Of a stretch of DNA of 64,000 nt, positions 1 to 10,917 are shown one piece after another. Made by a program: the position numbers and the translations under genes. The DNA is taken from the NCBI RefSeq assembly GCF_003334255.1, contig NZ_QOWU01000010.1, one strand, 5' to 3'. Within the stretch, counting starts at the first letter, position 1, and each line of letters begins with the position of its first letter. The DNA is from Escherichia coli. Its GTDB lineage: Bacteria > Pseudomonadota > Gammaproteobacteria > Enterobacterales > Enterobacteriaceae. The notes below the pieces were generated by a model. The model had not been told where the DNA came from. It made no database searches and was given only the letters and a program-made list of their open reading frames with translations.

Positions 1-548
<548 letters not shown>

Positions 549-565
549 GTTCACAGATAAAACAC

Positions 566-590
566 TCTCCAGGAAACCCGGGGCGGTTCA
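566..590. repeat. Right terminal inverted repeat of the IS629-like element
   Basis: Terminal 25 nt TCTCCAGGAAACCCGGGGCGGTTCA ends in the TG..CA-type terminus typical of IS3 family. The left IR is outside the window, so the pairing cannot be verified here. Confidence 0.55.
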
Positions 591-1077
591 CCGTGGCGAT
601 CACCGCTAAATCAAACGTCTCGCTGGGTAAATCCTGATTTGTAGCGAGCATGACGCCAGCATTTGTAATTTGCAGATCGGTAACCTGGCATGATTCATAA
701 ACAGCCACTGCAAATTTTTGCTGTCGTGCCTGGTCTACTAGTCGTAAAAATTGATCGCGGAAATATTCGCCCAGCAGAATTCGCGGTAAAAACTGACGAT
801 CGTGCAAGGTTTCTTTTTTAACGCCATAACGCTGGAGATGGCTGTCTTCTTGCTTTTGTAGCCATTCGAGATACGTACAATAAATCGGCGGTATTTCAAT
901 ACTGGCAATATTTGCCAGCATCATTTTTGAGTTTTCCTCATCACTGTATGGCATCCCGACACCGGCCTCGTCAGCCTGCTCGAAGATAGAAATAGAAAGT
1001 GGAGTTTGTTGCTGTAGAAGCGAGAATAAGGTGTAGATCCCCGTAGGCCCGGCACCCACAATAGCAATTTTTTTCAT
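591..1077 (-). pseudogene. ydhS: ydhS (FAD/NAD(P)-binding protein) 5' fragment, first 162 codons, truncated by the IS insertion
   Basis: N-terminus MKKIAIVGAGPTGIYTLF.. (Rossmann GxGxxG) matches K-12 YdhS (534 aa in K-12). ORF-track 430..1077 is a chimeric read-through into the IS (..DLAVIAT|VNRPGFPGE..). Confidence 0.9.
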
Positions 1078-1167
1078 TGTTACTTACCTGTACGCATTCT
1101 TTCGAATTTAGTGTTATCAGATAAGTTTGGTTGAGATTTTTAGAATTTGAGAAATTTCAGACAGGGA

Positions 1168-1191
1168 TGAAAAGGGCGCTAACCGCCCTTG
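1168..1191 (-). terminator. Putative intrinsic terminator downstream of ydhR
   Basis: Hairpin AAGGGCG-5nt-CGCCCTT (1172-1190) followed on the - strand by TTTTCAT. It lies 12 nt after the ydhR stop. Confidence 0.55.
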
Positions 1192-1202
1192 ATTAAATTC
1201 TG

Positions 1203-1508
1203 TCAGGCGAGTTTTGCCTGATTGATTTGACTAAGTGGCTCATTGACATCGAAAACTTTGGCGACAACTTCCTCAACGCCGAGATTTTTCAGTCGGGCAG
1301 TATGTTTTTCCAGATAGGCAAGGGCGCTTTTTTCATCAGTGAAAAGGTAGATCCCACCGGCTTCGTGGTTCTTTTCACTTTCTGTCCATACCTTCCACAG
1401 AAAACCAGGTTCCTGATTAATCGACTCAGCAAGTGGTTTAAGCTGCTCAGCCATTGCGTCGCCAAATGGGCCATTAAAAGCAAAATGAAGTTGTAACAAA
1501 GTTGCCAT
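1203..1508 (-). CDS. ydhR: YdhR, putative monooxygenase (dimeric alpha/beta-barrel family), 101 aa
   Basis: ORF-track 1203..1508. Sequence [41 protein letters not shown].. is recognised as K-12 YdhR. Synteny next to valW. Confidence 0.93.
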
Positions 1509-1599
1509 AGCGATTCTCCTTCTGATAACGCATACGAAGACAGTGTAAATCTTTTAACGTATTGGATACAGAGAAGAAACAGAGGGAAAAAGGAGAAGA

Positions 1600-1618
1600 C
1601 CAGATTAAGAAAATCTGG
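1600..1618 (-). terminator. Hairpin plus T-rich tract immediately 3' of valW (possible tRNA operon terminator)
   Basis: - strand CCAGATTTTCTTAATCTGG followed by TCTTCTCCTTTTTCC. The 5' arm includes the tRNA CCA end. Confidence 0.45.
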
Positions 1619-1692
1619 TGCGTCCGAGTGGACTCGAACCACCGACCCCCACCATGTCAAGGTGGTGCTCTAACCAACTGAGCTACGGACGC
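1616..1692 (-). tRNA. valW: tRNA-Val (anticodon GAC)
   Basis: Reverse complement reads GCGTCCGTAGCTCAGTTGGTTAGAGCACCACCTTGACATGGTGGGGGTCGGTGGTTCGAGTCCACTCGGACGCACCA. 77 nt, cloverleaf, encoded CCA. Confidence 0.97.
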
Positions 1693-1696
1693 AGGA

Positions 1697-1773
1697 TGGT
1701 GCGTTCAATTGGACTCGAACCAACGACCCCCACCATGTCAAGGTGGTGCTCTAACCAACTGAGCTATGAACGC
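1697..1773 (-). tRNA. valV: tRNA-Val (anticodon GAC)
   Basis: Reverse complement reads GCGTTCATAGCTCAGTTGGTTAGAGCACCACCTTGACATGGTGGGGGTCGTTGGTTCGAGTCCAATTGAACGCACCA. 77 nt, separated from valW by 4 nt. Confidence 0.97.
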
Positions 1774-2080
1774 AACGTTGTAGGTGACAACGGGGACGAA
1801 TATTAGCGGCAGAGTGGGAAGGTGGCAAGAGGCAAAACGTAATTTTCTGCGCTATTTCGACCGTTTGCAGAGCTTTTAAGCAAATTGGCTATATTTTGTT
1901 GATTTGCAAGGGTGGTTTTTATTCAGGATCGCATTTACATCTGATACAACCCAATAATTCGTGTATCAGAGTTTAAACAGAGTTGTTTGCCACCATCTCA
2001 AATCTGTCGTGGATAAATCCTCCGTAGCCTTTACACTTAGGTAGCAATAAAGGCACACAGATGCAGCAAAGGAATAAATC

Positions 2081-3337
2081 ATGGGATCTGATGCGAAAAA
2101 CTTGATGAGCGACGGGAACGTGCAAATTGTTAAGACCGGCGAGGTCATTGGCGCGACGCAACTTACTGAAGGCGAGTTGATTGTTGAAGCTGGCGGAAGA
2201 GCCGAAAATACCGTGGTCACGGGGGCTGGCTGGTTGAAAGTGGCAACCGGTGGGATCGCCAAATGCACACAGTACGGTAACAATGGCACGCTATCGGTCA
2301 GCGATGGTGCCATTGCCACAGATATTGTTCAGTCCGAGGGAGGCGCAATTAGTCTCTCTACGCTCGCTACGGTTAATGGCCGCCATCCCGAAGGTGAATT
2401 CAGCGTTGATAAAGGTTATGCCTGCGGTTTGTTGCTGGAAAATGGCGGTAACCTGCGTGTACTGGAAGGACATCGCGCGGAAAAAATCATTCTCGATCAA
2501 GAGGGCGGCCTGTTGGTTAATGGGACAACCTCAGCGGTCGTGGTAGATGAAGGTGGTGAATTGTTGGTGTATCCAGGTGGGGAAGCCAGCAATTGTGAGA
2601 TTAATCAGGGCGGCGTTTTTATGCTGGCCGGGAAAGCCAGTGATACGTTGCTTGCTGGTGGCACCATGAATAATCTCGGTGGTGAAGACTCTGACACTAT
2701 TGTTGAGAATGGATCCATTTATCGTCTGGGGACGGATGGCCTTCAGCTCTACAGTTCCGGTAAGACGCAAAACCTGTCCGTGAATGTGGGTGGTCGGGCT
2801 GAAGTGCATGCCGGTACGCTGGAAAACGCGGTAATACAAGGTGGGACAGTGATCCTGTTGTCACCCACCAGCGCGGACGAAAATTTTGTCGTAGAGGAAG
2901 ATCGCGCACCGGTTGAACTGACCGGGAGTGTTGCATTACTGGACGGCGCTTCAATGATTATTGGTTATGGCGCAGAGCTGCAACAATCAACGATTACTGT
3001 ACAGCAGGGCGGTGTGTTGATTCTAGACGGCAGTACGGTAAAAGGTGACAGTGTCACTTTCATTGTTGGTAACATCAATCTGAATGGTGGAAAACTGTGG
3101 CTGATCACTGATGCGGCAACGCATGTGCAACTGAAAGTGAAACGCCTGCGCGGAGAGGGAGCGATTTGCCTGCAAACCAGTGCAAAAGAAATTTCACCTG
3201 ACTTCATCAATGTGAAAGGGGAAGTTACCGGGGATATACACGTTGAGATAACAGATGCCAGTCGGCAAACTCTGTGTAACGCTCTGAAATTACAGCCAGA
3301 CGAAGACGGGATTGGCGCAACGCTCCAGCCTGCGTAA
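2081..3337 (+). CDS. ydhQ: YdhQ, autotransporter-adhesin-related protein (passenger-like beta-helix repeats, no signal peptide or beta-barrel evident), 418 aa
   Basis: ORF-track 2081..3337. Gly-rich roughly 20-aa periodic repeats (..GGxAxxTxVxxGGxLxV..). Synteny between valV and mdtK. Confidence 0.9.
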   Translation: MGSDAKNLMSDGNVQIVKTGEVIGATQLTEGELIVEAGGRAENTVVTGAGWLKVATGGIAKCTQYGNNGTLSVSDGAIATDIVQSEGGAISLSTLATVNGRHPEGEFSVDKGYACGLLLENGGNLRVLEGHRAEKIILDQEGGLLVNGTTSAVVVDEGGELLVYPGGEASNCEINQGGVFMLAGKASDTLLAGGTMNNLGGEDSDTIVENGSIYRLGTDGLQLYSSGKTQNLSVNVGGRAEVHAGTLENAVIQGGTVILLSPTSADENFVVEEDRAPVELTGSVALLDGASMIIGYGAELQQSTITVQQGGVLILDGSTVKGDSVTFIVGNINLNGGKLWLITDAATHVQLKVKRLRGEGAICLQTSAKEISPDFINVKGEVTGDIHVEITDASRQTLCNALKLQPDEDGIGATLQPA

Positions 3338-3343
3338 AAATAC

Positions 3344-3377
3344 AGGCGCAACCCGTGAAGGTTGCGCCTTGTCTTTA

Positions 3378-3379
<2 letters not shown>
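3344..3379 (+). terminator. Intrinsic terminator between convergent ydhQ and mdtK
   Basis: AGGCGCAACC-CGTGAA-GGTTGCGCCT followed by TGTCTTTATT. Confidence 0.7.
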
Positions 3380-4772
<1,393 letters not shown>

Positions 4773-4965
4773 TTATATGAGAGACTAAAAAGCCGCCTGA
4801 ATGGGCAGCAAAAAGAAGAAGCAGGGGAAATTCAGTCTATTGTAGCGAGGATTTATTAATTCTCCAGTGAAAAAATAGCCATTCTTACCCCTTCACTGGT
4901 AAGGGCGTTTTCCACCTGCTATTGTGCTGAACAGAATGTCTTAACTGATTTCAGGAGTTGTAAGT

Positions 4966-5607
4966 ATGTTTACGGGGATTGTACAGGGCACCGCAAAACT
5001 GGTGTCGATTGACGAGAAACCAAATTTTCGTACGCATGTGGTGGAGTTACCCGACCACATGCTGGACGGCCTGGAAACCGGTGCTTCCGTGGCGCATAAC
5101 GGTTGCTGCCTGACCGTGACGGAAATTAACGGCAACCATGTCAGTTTTGACCTGATGAAAGAAACGTTACGCATTACCAATCTTGGCGATTTAAAAGTGG
5201 GGGATTGGGTAAACGTTGAGCGTGCGGCGAAATTCAGTGATGAAATTGGCGGACACTTAATGTCAGGTCATATTATGACCACTGCTGAAGTGGCGAAAAT
5301 ATTAACCTCAGAAAATAATCGCCAGATCTGGTTTAAAGTCCAGGATAGTCAGTTGATGAAATATATTCTGTACAAAGGATTTATTGGCATCGACGGTATT
5401 AGCCTGACCGTCGGCGAAGTCACGCCAACGCGTTTTTGCGTCCATTTAATTCCGGAAACACTGGAACGCACGACTCTTGGGAAGAAAAAACTTGGCGCAC
5501 GCGTCAACATTGAAATCGATCCACAAACTCAGGCAGTGGTAGATACGGTAGAACGTGTGCTGGCGGCACGAGAAAATGCCATGAATCAACCAGGCACAGA
5601 AGCCTGA
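4966..5607 (+). CDS. ribC: Riboflavin synthase (alpha chain), 213 aa
   Basis: ORF-track 4966..5607. [16 protein letters not shown].. has the internally duplicated lumazine-binding fold. SD AGGAG lies upstream. Confidence 0.96.
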   Translation: MFTGIVQGTAKLVSIDEKPNFRTHVVELPDHMLDGLETGASVAHNGCCLTVTEINGNHVSFDLMKETLRITNLGDLKVGDWVNVERAAKFSDEIGGHLMSGHIMTTAEVAKILTSENNRQIWFKVQDSQLMKYILYKGFIGIDGISLTVGEVTPTRFCVHLIPETLERTTLGKKKLGARVNIEIDPQTQAVVDTVERVLAARENAMNQPGTEA

Positions 5608-5613
5608 TCTGAA

Positions 5614-5636
5614 ATCGCCCCCGGAGAGGGGGCGAT
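5614..5636. terminator. GC-rich hairpin between convergent ribC and cfa (likely bidirectional terminator)
   Basis: ATCGCCCCC-GGAGA-GGGGGCGAT. On the - strand it is followed by TTTCAG. Confidence 0.5.
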
Positions 5637-5646
5637 AGAATAGCCT

Positions 5647-6795
5647 TTAGCGAGCCACTCGAAGGCCGTTTTCAACACCGCGTGAGAACACGACCTGCCA
5701 GAGCTGAATATCACGGGCGCGGAAAGCACCTGCACAGGCATTCAGATAATAGGTAAACATTCGTTTAAAGCGTTCACTATAGTTATCCGCAATTTCTGGC
5801 CATGCGGCGAGGAATCGTTCATACCACGCCATCAACGTAGTATCGTAATCAGCACCGAAGTTATGCCAGTCTTCCATCACAAAGTGGGGTTCGCTGGACT
5901 GAGCAATCTGGCGTACAGAGGGCAGGCAACCGTTCGGAAAAATATATTTATTAATCCAGGGATCAACATTCAGATCGGTTTTTTTCGAACCGATAGTATG
6001 GAGCAGGAATATGCCTTCCGGTTTCAAATTACGATCCACCACCGCAAAATAGGTATCGTAATTTTTCGGTCCGACGTGCTCGAACATCCCCACAGAAACA
6101 ATACGATCAAACTGGTCGTTCAGGTCACGATAATCTTGCAGCAAAATGGTGACATCCAGGCCTTCACAGCGTTCCTGAGCCATTTTTTGCTGTTCGGCAG
6201 AAATGGTGACGCCCACCACGCTTACGTCATAATTAGATGCCATGTAGTGTGCCAGTCCGCCCCAGCCGCAGCCAATATCCAGTACGCGCATCCCTGGTTT
6301 TAACTGCAATTTTTCACAAATCATTTTGAGCTTCGCCTGCTGGGCAGATTCCAGATTATCGGCATCTTTCCAGTAAGCGCAGGAATATTGCATGAAGGGA
6401 TCAAGCATGCGGCTGAACAAGTCATTACCCAAATCGTAATGCTCTTTGCCGACTATCCAGGCACGTTTTTTACTCTGCAGATTGAAGAGACGAGCGCCGG
6501 CAATACGCAGCGTGTCTTTGAAATGATGGGGGAGTTGGTTCTCGAGACCTGCGCGTAAGACTTTGCTAAAAAACATATCCAGTCGGTCACATTCCCACCA
6601 GCCATCCATATAACTTTCGCCTAACCCCAAAGAGCCTTCTTGCAGAACGCGTTTAAAAAAATCGGGGTTTTTCACACGAATATCCGCCGGGGCAGAACCG
6701 TTAATGGCTATACCGGCACGGCTAAGTAATTCGTTGGCGATACGGTACCAGTTGTCATCCGGTACACTGACTTCTTCTATACACGATGAACTCAT
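5647..6795 (-). CDS. cfa: Cyclopropane-fatty-acyl-phospholipid synthase, 382 aa
   Basis: ORF-track 5647..6795. SAM-methyltransferase motif VLDIGCGWGG. A long (about 290 nt) upstream untranslated region follows, as in K-12. Confidence 0.96.
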   Translation of the reverse strand: MSSSCIEEVSVPDDNWYRIANELLSRAGIAINGSAPADIRVKNPDFFKRVLQEGSLGLGESYMDGWWECDRLDMFFSKVLRAGLENQLPHHFKDTLRIAGARLFNLQSKKRAWIVGKEHYDLGNDLFSRMLDPFMQYSCAYWKDADNLESAQQAKLKMICEKLQLKPGMRVLDIGCGWGGLAHYMASNYDVSVVGVTISAEQQKMAQERCEGLDVTILLQDYRDLNDQFDRIVSVGMFEHVGPKNYDTYFAVVDRNLKPEGIFLLHTIGSKKTDLNVDPWINKYIFPNGCLPSVRQIAQSSEPHFVMEDWHNFGADYDTTLMAWYERFLAAWPEIADNYSERFKRMFTYYLNACAGAFRARDIQLWQVVFSRGVENGLRVAR

Positions 6796-7085
6796 AGTTT
6801 CTCCATCACTGGTCGGTGATCAGAACCTTAAAACAGCGTAGACGCTTTTTGGGCTTTGTGAGAAATCTCGCAGAAAAAACCGCGAGTCTATAATCCGACG
6901 TAGAACAGAGGGAAAGGAGGAACCCTTGCCGAAATGACTATCCATAGTGAGTCGGGAACGATCCTGTCCCCGTAAAAACATAATATTTATCGTAGCTTTA
7001 ACAACTCGAAATTAGTATAGGCCGCTAATTTCAATCATACAACAAAATTTTGTTAGCAGCCTAAGTATAAGTATATCGATATAGA

Positions 7086-8297
7086 TCAGTGTGATTCGCT
7101 ATGAGCGACTTCGGCATTGCCATGATTCTGGCAGCCAACTTCTTCACAACGTTGCATCATGTAACCCAGCGCGACCAGCACTACTGTTGATAACATCACG
7201 CTGGTGGTGGTGAGCAATGGCGTGCTGATACTGATCAGCCAGGAAACTACCAGACTTGCGAGGAAGCACAGACCCAGTTGAAGAGTGTTCTGCAACGCTG
7301 CGGCGCGACCAGTTGCGTGTGGGAAGGGACGCAGCGCCTGGGCGACAACAATAGGGTAGATCGCGCCATTGGCAATCGCCATCACACAGAATGGGATCAG
7401 GATTTCGACCAGCGACACATGGCTAATGAAGCCCGCAGCCCAGGTCGCAATGACGCTGACAGCAAACAGCACCAGCAACCACGGTAATAACTGCTTGCCT
7501 TGCCATTTCTGCAGCGCGGCGCGACAGCCATAACCACCAATCAGAAACGCGATAGTTTGCGGGACATAACTTAAACCAATAACTGCCGGGCTGTAGCCCA
7601 TTTCACTAAGGATGAACGGTGAACCGGTCAGCCATGCAAAAAAACTGGCTGAACAGGCTGCGTATATCAGCACGTTGCCGCGATAGGTTTTAGAACGTAG
7701 CAGGTCGGTAAAGGTCAGACCATCCTGACTATTGTTACGGGCCTTCGTCGTGGGTTTGAGCCAGAAAATAGGCAGAATCAGCACCACGGTAATGGCAAAC
7801 AGGGTGGCGAAAATCGCCTGCCAGGAAAAATGGACCAGCAGCCAGCTTCCTAACAGAGGAGCCAGTGCCGGAGATAGACCCACCAGCGGCATGATGGTCG
7901 CAAAAATACGGTTAACTTTCTGTGAAGGATAATAATCTGTCACTAATGCTTGCCAGATAACCGCCGCGGCGCAGACACCCACAGCCTGTACAAAACGCAA
8001 TACCAGCAGCGTAGCGGCGTTTTCTACCCACAGCATCCCCAGACTACCTAACGCAAAAATTGTCAGGCCGATTAATAATACCGGTTTACGACCATAACGG
8101 TCGGAGAGCGGCCCCCACAGAAGCTGGGCTGCGGCAAAACCGGCAAGGAACAGACTAAGGCTGGCACTGACAGCAGACGCAGGCGTTTGCAGGTCGGCCT
8201 GTATGGCGGCGAAAGCAGGCAGATACATATCGGTTGCCAGAAAACCGAGTACGCTCAAACCCGCCAGCCAGACTAAAAATCTTTTCCCAGGTTGCAT
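7086..8297 (-). CDS. punC: PunC (YdhC), MFS transporter (Bcr/CflA subfamily, purine nucleoside efflux), 403 aa
   Basis: ORF-track 7086..8297. 12-TM MFS protein, divergent from the LysR gene punR. Confidence 0.92.
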   Translation of the reverse strand: MQPGKRFLVWLAGLSVLGFLATDMYLPAFAAIQADLQTPASAVSASLSLFLAGFAAAQLLWGPLSDRYGRKPVLLIGLTIFALGSLGMLWVENAATLLVLRFVQAVGVCAAAVIWQALVTDYYPSQKVNRIFATIMPLVGLSPALAPLLGSWLLVHFSWQAIFATLFAITVVLILPIFWLKPTTKARNNSQDGLTFTDLLRSKTYRGNVLIYAACSASFFAWLTGSPFILSEMGYSPAVIGLSYVPQTIAFLIGGYGCRAALQKWQGKQLLPWLLVLFAVSVIATWAAGFISHVSLVEILIPFCVMAIANGAIYPIVVAQALRPFPHATGRAAALQNTLQLGLCFLASLVVSWLISISTPLLTTTSVMLSTVVLVALGYMMQRCEEVGCQNHGNAEVAHSESH

Positions 8298-8409
8298 GTA
8301 TATTCTCTAAATCTCTCAATTAAACACCGCCGCAAAGTGTAGGGAGTGAAATTAGTGTTGTGAAACGGTAATATTTGATGACTGGTTTCAAAAATTTTGC
8401 AGGCAGACT

Positions 8410-9342
8410 ATGTGGTCAGAATATTCACTCGAAGTTGTTGATGCGGTAGCGCGTAATGGTAGTTTTAGCGCTGCGGCACAGGAGCTGCATCGCGTTCCTT
8501 CTGCGGTCAGCTATACCGTGCGTCAGCTGGAAGAGTGGCTGGCGGTGCCGCTCTTTGAACGACGGCACCGTGATGTGGAGCTGACCGCTGCTGGAGCGTG
8601 GTTTCTCAAAGAAGGGCGCTCTGTTGTCAAAAAAATGCAGATCACCCGCCAGCAATGTCAGCAGATAGCGAACGGCTGGCGCGGTCAGTTAGCTATCGCA
8701 GTGGATAATATTGTCAGGCCAGAACGTACACGGCAGATGATCGTTGATTTTTATCGCCATTTTGATGATGTCGAACTTCTTGTCTTTCAGGAAGTGTTCA
8801 ACGGTGTCTGGGATGCGCTTTCCGACGGGCGCGTGGAACTGGCGATTGGCGCAACACGCGCGATTCCGGTAGGCGGTCGTTATGCCTTCCGGGATATGGG
8901 GATGCTAAGCTGGAGTTGCGTTGTTGCCAGTCACCACCCGCTGGCGTTGATGGATGGCCCGTTCAGCGATGATACGTTGCGCAACTGGCCGTCGTTGGTG
9001 CGCGAAGACACCTCGCGAACGCTACCTAAACGTATTACCTGGTTGCTGGATAACCAAAAAAGAGTTGTCGTGCCTGACTGGGAATCATCGGCAACCTGTA
9101 TCTCGGCAGGATTATGCATAGGGATGGTGCCAACACATTTCGCCAAACCGTGGCTTAATGAGGGGAAGTGGGTAGCATTAGAACTGGAAAACCCCTTTCC
9201 GGATTCGGCATGTTGTCTGACATGGCAGCAAAATGATATGTCGCCTGCGTTAACCTGGTTGCTTGAGTATCTCGGCGATAGTGAGACGCTGAATAAGGAG
9301 TGGCTGCGGGAGCCGGAAGAGACTCCCGCAACGGGTGATTAA
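8410..9342 (+). CDS. punR: PunR (YdhB), LysR-family transcriptional regulator, 310 aa
   Basis: ORF-track 8410..9342. N-terminal wHTH (..[26 protein letters not shown]..). Confidence 0.92.
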
Positions 9343-10364
9343 CGACGATAGTCGCGGAACGGGCCGTCAGCCACGGAGCGGCGTTCAATCAAGCGCGGAT
9401 GCACTTCAATAGACTGCGGTTCTTCACGTTTGTTGACGATACGATCCAACAGCATGTTGAACGCTGTTTCACCCAGCGAATCTTTTGGCTGATGGATCGT
9501 GGTCAGCGCCGGCGTAAAATAGCGCGCGTTGCGCACGTTATCATAACCGATCAGCGAAACATCCTGCGGGACGCGCAGGCCCATTTCATCAGCAGCACAA
9601 AGTGCGCCCATTGCCATGATATCGCCACCACAGAAGACGGCAGTAGGGCGATGCGGCTGCGACAGGATTTGCTGCATGGCGCGATAACCGGATTCAGGTT
9701 CAAAGTCACCCTGCACAATCCAGCTTTCCGGCACCTTGATCATCGCTTCTTCCATCGCCTTCATAAAACCGGCAAGGCGGCCTGCGCCGGTGTTACGTTC
9801 CAGCGGGCCGGGGATGACGCCGATTTCGCGGTGACCGCGTTCAATCAGATAACGCCCGGCCATGTAGCCGCCTTCGAACGCGTTATCAATGACCGCATCG
9901 GTGAAGTCAGCTTTTGCTTCACCCCAGTCCATGACCACCATTGGGATATGGCGATACTCTTCCAGCATCGCCAGCAACGGCTCTGGGTACTCAGAACACA
10001 TCACCAGCAGACCATCGACGCGTTTTTGCGCCATCATCGACAGATAAGCCCGCTGTTTCTCAAGATTGTTCCACGCATTGCCCAGAATCAGGGTGTAACC
10101 TTTCTGGAAGCAATTTTTTTCAACTGCTTCAATGATCTCGGCAAAATAGGCCGCTTCGCTGCTGGTCGCCAGCAAACCGATAGACTTGGTGTGGTTAACC
10201 TTCAGGCTACGCGCCACCGCGCTAGGGGAGTAGTGTAATTCTTTAATCGCTGCCCACACGGCGTTGCGCGTTTCTTCAGCGACGAAACGTGTTTTGTTGA
10301 TCACGTGTGACACAGTTGTAGTGGAAACGTTTGCTCGTTTCGCTACATCTTTTATTGTTGCCAT
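9339..10364 (-). CDS. purR: PurR, purine nucleotide synthesis repressor (LacI family), 341 aa
   Basis: ORF-track 9339..10364. [36 protein letters not shown]... Confidence 0.97.
10321..10336 (-). promoter_or_regulatory. PurR operator O2 (inside the purR coding region)
   Basis: - strand GAGCAAACGTTTCCAC matches the PUR box consensus (a)CGCAAACGTTTnCnt. Autoregulatory operators downstream of the purR start site are established for K-12. Confidence 0.7.
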
Positions 10365-10408
10365 TCCATTTCACTCCAGACCCTAACTTCAGCTCCTGCA
10401 AAATCGCA

Positions 10409-10424
10409 AGGTAAACGTTTGCCT
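10409..10424 (-). promoter_or_regulatory. PurR operator O1 (purR 5' UTR)
   Basis: - strand AGGCAAACGTTTACCT, a 16-bp PUR-box palindrome 45-60 nt upstream of the purR ATG. Confidence 0.75.
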
Positions 10425-10662
10425 TTACACACCTTACGCACAACAAAAGTGTTGCGGTACGCCGGAAAAACGACACGGAGCGTCAGGAAGGGGTCAATGG
10501 CCAGTACGCAAATAGTGTAAGCGTGGAATTTTGGCCGATCTTGACGAAAAGGGGAAGTGGTAAAAACACTTATCATTATAAATGACGGGAGATTTTTTCA
10601 TCACAGTGTGTAAAAATGCGTAATATCACTTTTTGTGTGGTAATAAAAAAGGAGAAAACTTG

Positions 10663-10752
10663 ATGAGCACCGACCTTAAATTTTCACTGGTAACAACGAT
10701 TATCGTCCTCGGTTTGATCGTAGCCGTGGGTTTGACTGCCGCGCTGCACTGA
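10663..10752 (+). CDS. cydH: CydH (YnhF), 29-aa single-TM small protein (cytochrome bd-I accessory subunit)
   Basis: Not in the ORF track (too short). ATG 10663 preceded by AAGGAG (10649-10654). Translation is MSTDLKFSLVTTIIVLGLIVAVGLTAALH*. Confidence 0.85.
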   Translation: MSTDLKFSLVTTIIVLGLIVAVGLTAALH

Positions 10753-10917
10753 TTTCCTCTCGAGGGAGCGCGTTCTCCCTCGCATCTCCTTCCTGTTTGT
10801 TAGCAAAATGGCAAAAGTGTTTTCTCTTTTTGTTATTTTCATTTTTTTGTGATTGCTGTCATGCTTTCGCCACTTTAATGAATATCGCGTAATGACGCGA
10901 AGAGGTGGAGATAAGGC

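Noticed and set aside
1484-1502. Ter-like core GTTGTAAC inside ydhR (Tus is encoded in this window)
   Set aside because: The sequence AATGAAGTTGTAACAAAGT deviates from the Ter consensus (..GTATGTTGTAACTAAAG..) in the essential positions flanking the core. The genuine TerB site lies upstream of tus, beyond the window end.
9399-10238. 279-aa ORF antisense to purR. Similar long antisense ORFs: 31224..31994 opposite tyrS, 36459..37169 opposite nth/rsxE, 52324..52938 opposite uidA, 5863..6303 opposite cfa.
   Set aside because: These are classic shadow ORFs on the strand opposite highly conserved genes. They have no RBS, and their composition is His/Arg/Gln-rich junk. The sense genes are unambiguous.
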